Below, one piece after another: positions 37,123 to 46,476 of a stretch of DNA of 64,000 nt; positions within the stretch are counted from its first letter, which is position 1; each line of letters opens with the position of its first letter. The stretch is from a virus (Duplodnaviria; Heunggongvirae; Uroviricota; Caudoviricetes), in IMG/VR virus record IMGVR_UViG_2571042206_000004; one strand, 5' to 3'. Both the position numbers and the translations under genes were made by a program. The notes under the pieces were generated by a model. The model did not search any database and had not been told where the DNA came from. It saw only the letters and a program-made list of their open reading frames with translations.

Positions 37123-38325
37123 ATGACACAATATCTTCGCCAAAACGACACTTATCACTTAGCTCCAGATGTAAGTGGCGTCGCTATTGATAGCTTGCCT
37201 GCTGGTTTTTACCGCTTATGTTTTCATGACAAGCTCGGTTTCTACCTTCAAATCACCAACCCGCTTACATTAATTCCGAAAGCGTATGGTAACGCCTACC
37301 AACATCAAGACCGCATCATGGAAACCTTCAATGAGCGCACAGAAATACCCACAACTATCATGCTTGAAGGTTTTAAGGGTACAGGTAAAACTCTATTAGC
37401 TAAAAAGCTATGCGTTGATTTTGTGAAAAGTGGCGGTATTTGCATTTTACAAAGTGAAGCCTATGTCGGTGATGACTACAAAGGCTTCCTTCAAAAAATT
37501 AACCAACAAAAAATTGTTTTCATTGATGAGTTCGACAAGGTTTACACCAAGCCAGAACAAGTTAATGACATGCTAACACTTCTTGATGGCATGTACCCAA
37601 TGCACACACTTTTCATTCTCACTATGAATGCGGATTCTCGCAGCTCGCGCTATGAGTACCTCCATAACCGTCCGGGTCGTGTTTATTACAACATACACTT
37701 TGGCAGCATCAGCGAGTCAACCATTCGCGAATATGCAAACGACGTACTAATAAACAAAGATCGCATCGACGAAATTCTTGAATACGTAGGGCGTTTCTCA
37801 ATGTTCAACATGGATATGTTGACCATCTTAATTAAGGAAATTAATAAATCAGAAGGTCAAAACATTTCAGTCCGCGATCTAGGCAAGTTTTTAAATATTA
37901 AACCTACCATTTCTTATGATGATATTCGCCTTCAAAAAGAAGCAACCTACAAAGGTTATGACGTTTCGGATTCATTTGACTTCACTTACTTTGATGCGGA
38001 CTGCATCGAACGAATGATGACAGACGATACATTTGAGTTCCGTTTAATGATTCGACCTAATGGTTTCCGAAAAACCGACGATGGCAAACTTTGGGAAGAC
38101 GAAAACGGCGATGCTAAACAGTGCATCGGCTTTATGGCTGAAGATAAATTTATTGAGCTTGAGCCATATCACCGCATTGTTAAACCAAATGACGTCAAGT
38201 GTGAGTTTGACCCTAAAACGCGTGTCTTTACCTTGACTGACAAGGAGCATGACGTGGTTGTGACCGTTCAGGCAAGTCCGACCTTCAGCTACCTTAACAA
38301 AGACGAACGTGTAGTTAATTTCTAA
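37123..38325 (+). CDS. AAA+ ATPase, gp44-like clamp-loader subunit (putative)
   Basis: FKGTGKTLLAKKLCVDF…KIVFIDEFDKV…LFILTMN parallels T4 gp44 (SPGTGKTTVAKALCHD…VIVIDEFDR…IIITAN). Confidence 0.5.
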   Translation: MTQYLRQNDTYHLAPDVSGVAIDSLPAGFYRLCFHDKLGFYLQITNPLTLIPKAYGNAYQHQDRIMETFNERTEIPTTIMLEGFKGTGKTLLAKKLCVDFVKSGGICILQSEAYVGDDYKGFLQKINQQKIVFIDEFDKVYTKPEQVNDMLTLLDGMYPMHTLFILTMNADSRSSRYEYLHNRPGRVYYNIHFGSISESTIREYANDVLINKDRIDEILEYVGRFSMFNMDMLTILIKEINKSEGQNISVRDLGKFLNIKPTISYDDIRLQKEATYKGYDVSDSFDFTYFDADCIERMMTDDTFEFRLMIRPNGFRKTDDGKLWEDENGDAKQCIGFMAEDKFIELEPYHRIVKPNDVKCEFDPKTRVFTLTDKEHDVVVTVQASPTFSYLNKDERVVNF

Positions 38326-38395
38326 TCCATATCGAAACATACAGGCTGTGCTTATGTACAGCCCGTCTCCTAACTTAACTACTGGATAACGAAAA

Positions 38396-38992
38396 ATGTC
38401 ACATTCTTATCAGCTATATAGCGTGCTTTCATCTCTAAAAAAATTACATAACGACACGACAGTAAGTTTTTTAGAGTTTGTCAAATCAAAAACAGGATTT
38501 GAAGTTGTTAATTCGCAAGTGGCAAATGATTTAAAAAACGAACAATACCATTTTGGAGTTTACGACAAAGGGTGGATTGAGTTTGACGAAGATTCGCAAA
38601 ATGTTATTGACGTAATAATGCGATTGAAAGCTGGCCCAGTTCCAATCGTGGAGGCTTTAACGCTGGAAAACGATTGCATGATTGGGCAAACGTGGTTTCC
38701 AAAAGGAACTCCTGTAATAAATCTAATTAAACACGCTGAAGGCGTCTATAAAGCTGAAGCAGTGGCGCAAAACTCTAAGATCGAATTTGGCACCGACGAT
38801 AACGAAATTTGGTGGGCGCATGATGTGCCATTTTACGGTCGGGTTCAGCTTCAAAGATTTGTAGAACATGGCGTGGTCGAATGGGACATTCATTTCAATG
38901 ATTGTTGGCAAGGGCCTTTTGATTCAAAAGTAAGTGCAATTCAACACTTAGAAGAATGCATAGCTGAAAAACGCGAGGAGGAAGCGGTATGA
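38396..38992 (+). CDS. hypothetical protein
   Basis: 198-aa ORF coupled to the next ORF. Confidence 0.45.
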   Translation: MSHSYQLYSVLSSLKKLHNDTTVSFLEFVKSKTGFEVVNSQVANDLKNEQYHFGVYDKGWIEFDEDSQNVIDVIMRLKAGPVPIVEALTLENDCMIGQTWFPKGTPVINLIKHAEGVYKAEAVAQNSKIEFGTDDNEIWWAHDVPFYGRVQLQRFVEHGVVEWDIHFNDCWQGPFDSKVSAIQHLEECIAEKREEEAV

Positions 38993-39525
38993 GCCTAATT
39001 GACCTTGTATATGCGTTTGAATCAGCCACTCGCGCACATGAAAACATTGGCAGTCAACCACTCGAAGATCACGCAATCATTGAGGAAGAGTTTAAGTCCG
39101 CCAAAGAAAATCTAATCGTCGAAATAAAAGAGCGCACTAACGACCCGGCTCTTGCTGTTATCCAATACATATTAAGTGACAATGTGGATGGCACCGATGA
39201 CGCAATGGAATTTTTGAACTATTGGAACGAAGGTGAGTTCGACATTCTTCGTCGTAACTGGAACAACATTCCTGATGAAGTATTCATTGGCGCAGATCCA
39301 TTATTTAAAGTTGCGCCACCTGTTCGTGTTGGTCGACATATTGAAGGCGTATCAATTAACGGTCTTGAATACATTTTGGATGATTCAAAGCAAATTTGCA
39401 TATTCAAAAATGAAGCAACCGCTCGTCAATGCCTTGTTAATAACTTTGGATTCAAAGAAGAGCAGTTAGACGACCTTGTTTTTGAAGAGTTGGACCACTC
39501 TTATGCTAGTGACATTAATGACTGA
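38989..39525 (+). CDS. hypothetical acidic protein
   Basis: 178-aa ORF. Confidence 0.45.
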   Translation: MSLIDLVYAFESATRAHENIGSQPLEDHAIIEEEFKSAKENLIVEIKERTNDPALAVIQYILSDNVDGTDDAMEFLNYWNEGEFDILRRNWNNIPDEVFIGADPLFKVAPPVRVGRHIEGVSINGLEYILDDSKQICIFKNEATARQCLVNNFGFKEEQLDDLVFEELDHSYASDIND

Positions 39526-39994
39526 TGCCTCGCTTTGTCACAAAACTGGCGCCGCTGGGTTTGGATACTGGTGCGCGTCAGACAGAGGCAAACGTGCGGG
39601 TGGGAACATTATTAAAGGCGTTGTTAAAGACAGCTACGAGGCGGAATTTAAAGGCGTAGCTAACTCTTTGCAGGCGTCTATCAATGCCGGGCTTATCTCA
39701 AAAGGTGATGAGGTTTTAATTCAAGTAGACAACGAGGGTGTTCTCTTCTGCCTTAGCGGTAAGTGCAAGGTTCGTCCTGACATTGCAGTTGTTCTAAATC
39801 ACATATTAGACACCGCCAAAATGTATGAACTAAAGCTCAGATGTCGACACGTTAAAGGTCATACGAAATTAACCGATAACCGCTATTTAGCGAACCATCA
39901 TTGTGACAGTAGAGCTAAATACGCAATGAGACAAGCCCGCAAGGTATTGAAGAAAAGCATTGCAGAAAAGGTAATGAGCAATGAAGCAGATTAA
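39503..39994 (+). CDS. rnhA: RNase H (RNase HI-like)
   Basis: TDASL…AAGFGY…AEFKGVANSLQ…IQVDNEGV…VKGHTK…NHHCDSRAK follows the RNase HI DEDD pattern. Track start is TTG 39476; ATG 39503/39518 preferred. Confidence 0.65.
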   Translation: MLVTLMTDASLCHKTGAAGFGYWCASDRGKRAGGNIIKGVVKDSYEAEFKGVANSLQASINAGLISKGDEVLIQVDNEGVLFCLSGKCKVRPDIAVVLNHILDTAKMYELKLRCRHVKGHTKLTDNRYLANHHCDSRAKYAMRQARKVLKKSIAEKVMSNEAD

Positions 39995-40070
39995 TGATTT
40001 AGGCACAGAAACAAGCAACACAAATTTAGACGGGACGATAGATCCTGAAGCGATAGAGGTGGAAGGATAA

Positions 40071-40697
40071 ATGCCATATTTAGTTAAATGGATTGAAAAA
40101 GACACACAACGTTGTGGCGAAAAGACCGTCGACACGCTTCAACAGGCGCGTGAGTATTTGGAAGATGAAACCTACGCGGAAGGACCGATTAAGATTGTTC
40201 TTGAGGAAGGTTTTTACTCAGGCATATACGATGAAGTGAGCATTACAAAGGTTGGACCAATAATGAAACTTTGGCAGGCATTAAAACAGGCAGATTATGG
40301 CACCGTTGGCTCAGAGACGATCAAGTGGAGTAAAAATTTGCTAGGCCCTAGTCCTGAAACTGAAATTAGGCTTATTCAACTCATTGATGGCGATGGGCAT
40401 AACTGGGCAATAGTAGATCAATTCCAAACTGTCGAACTCAGCGAAGACCGAACTGTAGTTAAGTTTTTGGATGACTCGAACGCATCGCATGACATGAAAT
40501 TGTTTGCAAACAGACCCGTTACGCTTGAAGAGCCAAAAATACCAACGTGGCAATTTAAAGCGTCAGCGATAGTTCAAATTAAGGCTGAAACACAGGCGGA
40601 AGCTGCCCGGCTTTACAGTGAACACTTCTTTACTCCAGATGAGTTGGATTTCGAAATGAAAGTTTTCGATGTGCAACTTGAGCCGTACACAGGTTAA
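40071..40697 (+). CDS. hypothetical protein
   Basis: 208-aa ORF. Confidence 0.45.
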   Translation: MPYLVKWIEKDTQRCGEKTVDTLQQAREYLEDETYAEGPIKIVLEEGFYSGIYDEVSITKVGPIMKLWQALKQADYGTVGSETIKWSKNLLGPSPETEIRLIQLIDGDGHNWAIVDQFQTVELSEDRTVVKFLDDSNASHDMKLFANRPVTLEEPKIPTWQFKASAIVQIKAETQAEAARLYSEHFFTPDELDFEMKVFDVQLEPYTG

Positions 40698-40796
40698 GGC
40701 ATAAAGCTTTGCGCATTGGCAACTTAACCCCCAATGCGCAATATCCAAAAAACTTTCAATATCATTAATTTAAGAAAGTTTTCAAGAGTTAAACAA

Positions 40797-41174
40797 ATGC
40801 AGACTGACACATTTAATCGTGATGACTTCATGGCGTTCTTTCGCGATGAAGAGAAGCTTAACACGCTATCCAATGAAGATCGTATAGAGATTTTTTCTAG
40901 CATACTTGCAGGTTCAAGTGATTTGACTGTATCGCTTCTGGATGAAGTACTAAGAGATTACGACGTGCAAAACATCATTGTTGTTGACGTGGAAAGTATA
41001 GACGCTCAACCCATTCCTAGTTCAGCGATGTCGGCACTAGAGAAGGTTCTCAAGTTTTGCAGAGACGGCTTCAATGAAGAGCAAAGGCTGTATGAAGAAA
41101 ACGTAAGCATAGAACACTCCATTAGAACTGACGTTTTTGAAGAAGTTAGAGATTTTGTAGAAGGCTTAATGTGA
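40797..41174 (+). CDS. hypothetical acidic protein
   Basis: Track ORF from 40734; ATG 40797 (MQTDTF) preferred. Confidence 0.4.
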   Translation: MQTDTFNRDDFMAFFRDEEKLNTLSNEDRIEIFSSILAGSSDLTVSLLDEVLRDYDVQNIIVVDVESIDAQPIPSSAMSALEKVLKFCRDGFNEEQRLYEENVSIEHSIRTDVFEEVRDFVEGLM

Positions 41175-41806
41175 TGAATGAACAAATAGAAATAAAAGAG
41201 GCAGCGTACAAAGCAGGCTTTCATGACGGTCGACATGGTACGCCGTGCGAGTTGATTGAGTTGCAGGCTGAAAATGAACGCTTGCGGTATCTGGTAGGTG
41301 AGAAGGTTGGCCACCCATCAACCCGTGATTTGCTGGACGCTGAGATTAACAGACAGCTTACAGAGCAAAAAGCGAACGGTGACAAGGAGTTTATGTCAGA
41401 TGAAGATATAGAACAATTAATTAGGGAGGTTCTTAAAGATCATGACGAAAACCCTAATAAATACTGGAAAAACCTTTATCGACAAATTGATTCCTTGTTA
41501 GATGAACTGGCTGAAGAAAAAAGATTAAACAGATCAAAAGATTTTAAAGTTGGACAACTTCAAGATCGAATCACTGAATTGCTTGATGAAAGACAAGATT
41601 TGTATGCACAGATTAATAATGCAAAACAAATTCCAGATGGGTATGTCGCAATTCCTAAGAAAATGCCGCAATCAACAGTGGAAGCTTTGCATTACGGTGG
41701 GTACAAATGGGGAGATGAAGAGGGAACGCGAGAGTATTTTGAGCCTGTGTATTCCATTGTGGTTAAAACGGCTGGCAAATCTCAGGAGGTCATTAATGAA
41801 GATTAG
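41171..41806 (+). CDS. hypothetical coiled-coil protein
   Basis: 211-aa ORF with ATGA overlap. Confidence 0.45.
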   Translation: MMNEQIEIKEAAYKAGFHDGRHGTPCELIELQAENERLRYLVGEKVGHPSTRDLLDAEINRQLTEQKANGDKEFMSDEDIEQLIREVLKDHDENPNKYWKNLYRQIDSLLDELAEEKRLNRSKDFKVGQLQDRITELLDERQDLYAQINNAKQIPDGYVAIPKKMPQSTVEALHYGGYKWGDEEGTREYFEPVYSIVVKTAGKSQEVINED

Positions 41807-41836
41807 AGTTCGCTTTGATGCATTGGAGGGCAAGCC

Positions 41837-42178
41837 ATGAGCATTGCAAAGGTTCGCTATTGGACAACAGGTGAAATTAATAAGCTAATCACCTTACATT
41901 CTAATAACACTCCAATTGCTGAAATAGCAAAGGAGCTGAACAGAACTGTAGGAACGATCAACTCAAACATTGCAAGGCTACGCAAGAGTGGCAAGTTACC
42001 ACAGCCAAAGACAGCGTTAGAGCATATTGGCAGCTTAGAGAGAGCTAAAAAGCTAGTTGCGCAAGCTGAGGCACGCGGATTCAAAACAATACCGATCAAG
42101 ACGGACAATGGCTATTCGCAAACGTATATCTGGCGCCTCCGCACATTGATTCAAAAAGCGGAGCAGAAAGCAGCATGA
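41837..42178 (+). CDS. HTH DNA-binding protein
   Basis: TTGEINKLITLHSNNTPIAEIAKELNRTVGTINSNIARLRK, a helix-turn-helix. Confidence 0.45.
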   Translation: MSIAKVRYWTTGEINKLITLHSNNTPIAEIAKELNRTVGTINSNIARLRKSGKLPQPKTALEHIGSLERAKKLVAQAEARGFKTIPIKTDNGYSQTYIWRLRTLIQKAEQKAA

Positions 42179-42393
42179 CTTGCAGAAGAATGCCCGGCGG
42201 TTTCGTGTGCCTGGTTCCAACTTTTAGATTGCGCTTACTTGATGGGCGATATGTATACATGACATGGAACAACTACTGTGGCCCGCTCTTCTCACATGAC
42301 CGAGATGAAACTCGTGTGATTGAAGATTGGCACAAAGACGAAATGCTCTGTAAGGCGGTTGATTGGTTTGTGGGAAGAGGCAAGAAGGCATGA
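42175..42393 (+). CDS. hypothetical protein
   Basis: 72-aa ORF. Confidence 0.35.
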   Translation: MTCRRMPGGFVCLVPTFRLRLLDGRYVYMTWNNYCGPLFSHDRDETRVIEDWHKDEMLCKAVDWFVGRGKKA

Positions 42394-42503
42394 AGCCATT
42401 AGTAATAATCTTGGCGTGCGTTGCATTACTTGGATGCACAGCAAACTCAATCAGCACCAATGTAAATATCAGCGTTTGCATGCAATGCATGCAGTATGGC
42501 TAA
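42390..42503 (+). CDS. 37-aa mini-lipoprotein (not in ORF track)
   Basis: AAGAAGG RBS. MKPLVIILACVALLGC has signal peptidase II lipobox LLGC. Stop at 42501-42503. Confidence 0.35.
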   Translation: MKPLVIILACVALLGCTANSISTNVNISVCMQCMQYG

Positions 42504-42587
42504 CACACAAGGCAACGTATGTTGCCTTTGTCTCCCCTATTTTCAATTGTGAAAATTACTCTATCGAAACAAATAGAGTTAAACATA

Positions 42588-42965
42588 ATGCAACCAATCG
42601 TCACCATATACCGCGCAGTAAACGAGCTTTTCTCTAATAAGGCTCAGACCGCAATAATATCCGCAGATCAACCTTATCTCGCTGAGATATACATTGGCGA
42701 ACCAGATAAGCACATGAACACCTACACAAGTGCAGAAACGGGTTTAAAGCTACAAACCACTATGCGCCTAGATGAATACAAGCAAGAGTTCATAGATGCT
42801 GTAATAAAGGCGGTTGCTCTTATTGCCGACGGTTACTCCGAATATAATCAATTAGTTTGCGAAGAGAGTGAAGAATATTTTGAAATGACTTCCAAAATAC
42901 ATTTAGACACCGCCACTAACGCTCTTTATTACAGTGATTTTACGACCACAGATCATGGTCTTTAA
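42588..42965 (+). CDS. hypothetical early-cassette protein 1
   Basis: ATG 10 nt after the conserved leader hairpin; followed by a CCGCTC-stem terminator. Confidence 0.5.
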   Translation: MQPIVTIYRAVNELFSNKAQTAIISADQPYLAEIYIGEPDKHMNTYTSAETGLKLQTTMRLDEYKQEFIDAVIKAVALIADGYSEYNQLVCEESEEYFEMTSKIHLDTATNALYYSDFTTTDHGL

Positions 42966-42984
42966 ATTAAAGTCCACTAATTTA

Positions 42985-43010
42985 ACCGCTCCATCGTGAG
43001 CGGTTTTTCT
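42985..43010 (+). terminator. intrinsic terminator (CCGCTC family)
   Basis: AACCGCTC-CATCGT-GAGCGGTT followed by TTTCTTT. Confidence 0.65.
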
Positions 43011-43100
43011 TTATAGATAACAACGCCTAAGCCACAAATTGTTTGTCCAAAAACCGATTGAGAGAATTACTTCATCGAAACAAGCAAAGAGATTTTTAAA

Positions 43101-43643
43101 ATGACTTACGAAACTAACGATCAAGTGACTATAGAGCAGTTTTTAGCGAAGTTTTCTAACCCTGATAACAAGAAACGTTTTCGCTTAGAAGGCTTCAGCT
43201 TTACGCATCAACACGGTTTTAACCTTTACTTTGATGAATACGACGACTTCATAGATGAGTTAGGCGATGTAGAGATAGAGTTTTGGCAGCTAGAAGACAC
43301 TTGGGCCAACGAAGAGATAAAAGTCTCATCATTCAAAATGCTTGAAACTTTAATTGAGTTTTTAGTAAGCCTTGATCTTGATGAAGTTAAAGAAGTTGGC
43401 ACATACGCTGCATTAGTTGAAGGCAACTATGCTGATTGGTCAAACGTTAAAGAGTGGCACGAAGATCGTTACGTGTGTGACTACGAAAATGACGATGATT
43501 TTGGACGCTATTTAATTGATGAATGTTCTGCTTTGGAAATACCAGAGGACATTCAAGGTTATTTCGACTATGAACGTTACGGGCGCGACGCTTTAATTAG
43601 TGATTATCTTGTAGCTGAAGGAAAGGTTTACCGAAACTATTAA
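43101..43643 (+). CDS. ArdA-like antirestriction (DNA-mimic) protein, putative
   Basis: Very acidic 180-aa protein. C-terminal FGRYLIDE…YFDYERYGRDALISDY…GKVYR resembles the ArdA C-terminal pattern (FGRYL…YIDWEAYARD…DY…G.V.FR). Confidence 0.4.
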   Translation: MTYETNDQVTIEQFLAKFSNPDNKKRFRLEGFSFTHQHGFNLYFDEYDDFIDELGDVEIEFWQLEDTWANEEIKVSSFKMLETLIEFLVSLDLDEVKEVGTYAALVEGNYADWSNVKEWHEDRYVCDYENDDDFGRYLIDECSALEIPEDIQGYFDYERYGRDALISDYLVAEGKVYRNY

Positions 43644-43732
43644 GACCAATATTGAGCAAATATTTGCACTTTTTTTATGAAATCGATCATTTTTGAGCAG
43701 ATATTTGCGCAATTAGAAAATAACTAAATAAT

Positions 43733-43757
43733 AGCCCTGAATGCTCAGGGCTTTTTG
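43733..43757 (+). terminator. intrinsic terminator
   Basis: AGCCCTGA-ATGC-TCAGGGCT followed by TTTTGT. Confidence 0.7.
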
Positions 43758-44023
43758 TCTAATCACTTCATGGCTTTGAGCATCAAATAAATGAGCCCTA
43801 TCGCTCCAAGAACAATTAATGCGGTCAACATACGCCGTACTCAATTCACGTTACATGCAATCATTATAATGAGTTTAATAGGAAACACGACAGGCGATAT
43901 AAACGCCTCCCCTTCTCAATCCTACTCGGTATTTATACAATACTCACATCAAGACAACGAAGCTCTTTAGATAGAATATTCGAGTGTATTGATAGAGAAA
44001 AAAGTCTCACAAGTCACCTTTTT

Positions 44024-44063
44024 GCCAGCTCTACGCCCCTCTTTAGAGCTGGCTCTTTTTTAT
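44024..44063 (+). terminator. intrinsic terminator inside the ORF-free region
   Basis: GCCAGCTCTA-N10-TAGAGCTGGC followed by TCTTTTTTAT. Confidence 0.65.
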
Positions 44064-44931
44064 CTAAAATAAGCAAAAACAGACAGTTATAGAGATATTA
44101 TTATACATCATTGATTTATAAGTATTTTTATACAAATAAACTGACTTGTAACTAATTCATTACTTACCCGCCGAACCATGCTAAAACCAGATAAGCAAAC
44201 ACTCTCACTTAAACCGCTTATAATCGCTTATAAACGCGCGTTAGAGACGCTTTTATCACTAAGATGATGAATCATACTAAACACAAGCAAAACGCTCTCT
44301 AAAACGATTCTATGCGCAAATAGCAAATTTACTTTAAGGCTGTATTTTTTACCTGAACGCTATAACAAATTATCAGGCACAGAATGAGGCAATTTATCTC
44401 TAGGCTGAAATATCATATTACCGTATTACCATACGACCATACATACACACGGTAATATGATAATACGGACTTGCTATTCAAACACCAGACAACTAAATTC
44501 CAAAACGTACTAAAGAATAGATAACTTACTGACAAACAATCCAACTAATCTACAACTAAGCCATAGAACAGCAAATTTAACTCAAACAGCATATTTTCAT
44601 AATGCTATCTAAATAATCAAACTGATAAACAATAGAACAATTGCAAACGATCTTAAAAACAATCAATCAATACAGACAAAAACTCTAACAACTACACGGA
44701 TAATGATAAGTACATACTGAACACTATACACAATAAGGATTTCACTAAGTATAGCTAGAAGGACAATTCATCATACACGGAGAGTAAGAACAATAGGAAG
44801 TATGTGTATAGGCGGTTATAGAGTAATAACACATAGAGAGAGGAGTTGTGCAATGTGCATGGAGCGACCGAAGGGAGCGGTGGATTCTGTTGTTAAAAAA
44901 TTGTTTCAGCCAAACTTCTTACACTTGAAAA

Positions 44932-44950
44932 ATCAGTAAGCACTGACTAC
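44932..44950. repeat. degenerate motif copy (ATCAGT-AAGC-ACTGACTAC) in the ORF-free region
   Basis: Read directly from the sequence. Confidence 0.5.
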
Positions 44951-45489
44951 AATTGCACCCAAGATAGTTTTCACTGCTGGCAGTGGACCCATCTTGCTTT
45001 TCGATAGGGGTGCGTTTTGCTTAGGGTCGGCGTTTACCAACTACGGAATGTTCGCATTCCGATGTGGCGCGGATGAAGTAGATGCCTTCTCCCTTCCTTC
45101 TCATGTAAATGTCTTTTTAGGCTATGGGGGGGAAGGGGGGGCATTTTCACTTCTTCTAGCGTTTTCACATCGGAATGGTCATGACTTAAAATCTTTATAG
45201 AGAAAATGAAAAATCCCAACAAATTTCCTGAACTAAATATTTCCTAAAAAATCACACATACACACAGGCAAGTGGAACAAAAATTTTCGCGCCGAGGCTA
45301 TTCCTCACAGCTGCCAATTCAAAATATCACGGCGAATCCTCGGAATGTTCCACGCAAAAACTGGCATGTCCTCGGCACAAACATGCGGTTAATCGGAATA
45401 GGCGATTGATGAATATTGCCTATGCCATGCGGTGCATATCCAGCTATGAAATATCACAATACATATCGAAACGAACAACGGGTTTAATC

Positions 45490-45783
45490 ATGACTCAACT
45501 AATAACTAAAGCAGGCGACTACCGCACACGCAACGGTAGCCGAGTTACAGTTCACGAAGTAAACGGTGATGGCACATTCGCTATAAAAGGCTCTGTTTGG
45601 AAGATGTTTAGAGGTAAGCTACGCCCACGCGGTTTAAATACATGGAAACCTTGCGGTCACAATCAAGCCTACAATCACAGCGACCTAGATATAGTGGCAG
45701 AGTGGGGCGGTGTCAGTGAGGAATTGTCGATAGGCTGCAATTGTTATCCAAAACAAACCGACACAGCGGAGTTGAAGATATGA
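45490..45783 (+). CDS. hypothetical protein
   Basis: Track ORF from 45406; internal ATG (MTQLITKAG) preferred. Confidence 0.4.
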   Translation: MTQLITKAGDYRTRNGSRVTVHEVNGDGTFAIKGSVWKMFRGKLRPRGLNTWKPCGHNQAYNHSDLDIVAEWGGVSEELSIGCNCYPKQTDTAELKI

Positions 45784-45876
45784 GCAAAAAAGACTTAACG
45801 TCTCCAAGTCCTTAAATTGTTTGTCCAAAATCAGCTTGTGAAAATAGCTCTATCGAAACAACATAGAGATAGAGCT

Positions 45877-46242
45877 ATGAAAACTTATGACAGCAACGAT
45901 GAAGTAAAGAAAAGCGACTGGACCTTTTCGCATATAGCTGATTTAGATGTGTTAAACGTACATTACGGTCAAATCATCTTGTTGAACTCTGGAATTGATG
46001 CTTATGCGCTTCATTTGTCTGTGCATGAAAATGAAGAAGAGATTCATTATTTAGTAAACGTTTGCAAAGTGGACGCAGATAAGCATGAAAAACTTGAAGC
46101 GTATAACCTTTCACAGACCGATGACTTTGTGTATGAAGTCTCAAAGATAACTCGACAAGTAATATTTACGACTTATATCGAAGCTCAACAATTTATGTGT
46201 GAGCAAATGCAAGAATTGACACACTTAAACTTTAAACGCTAA
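45877..46242 (+). CDS. hypothetical early-cassette protein 2
   Basis: ATG directly after the conserved leader hairpin; the track extension into the leader is rejected. CCGCTC terminator follows. Confidence 0.5.
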   Translation: MKTYDSNDEVKKSDWTFSHIADLDVLNVHYGQIILLNSGIDAYALHLSVHENEEEIHYLVNVCKVDADKHEKLEAYNLSQTDDFVYEVSKITRQVIFTTYIEAQQFMCEQMQELTHLNFKR

Positions 46243-46249
46243 CACTCTG

Positions 46250-46278
46250 AACCGCTCTGTATGAGCGGTTTTCTTTTG
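46250..46278 (+). terminator. intrinsic terminator (CCGCTC family)
   Basis: AACCGCTC-TGTAT-GAGCGGTT followed by TTCTTTTG. Confidence 0.65.
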
Positions 46279-46476
46279 ATCATATTGTTTCCTAGGCCAA
46301 TCCAATTTTCACTTAGGCACAGGCCTAGGCATTTTTCATGAGGCCAATCCTCGGCACATCCACGGCGCGGCCACCCCCCATAGGCAACATGCACACAACG
46401 CCTAAGCCATGTGTTATATATCCACAAACGCATTGAGAAAATAGCTCTATCGAAACAAGCAACATAGAGTTAAAAA

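Noticed and set aside
44994-45222. Two overlapping 62–68-aa ORFs on opposite strands in the G-rich part of the ORF-free region
   Set aside because: They overlap each other, span the G7AAG7 tract and palindromes, and have no start context. They are likely non-coding.
43644-45405. tRNA genes or a CRISPR array in the long non-coding stretch
   Set aside because: No GTTCGAATC-type T-loop or cloverleaf-compatible segment was seen. The repeats present are irregular in spacing and sequence, so they do not look like CRISPR.
45817-45876. Upstream start for the 45877 ORF (MFVQNQLVKIALSKQHRDRA)
   Set aside because: This segment is the conserved leader/hairpin shared with three other unrelated genes. 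Translation of it is an artefact of the open frame.
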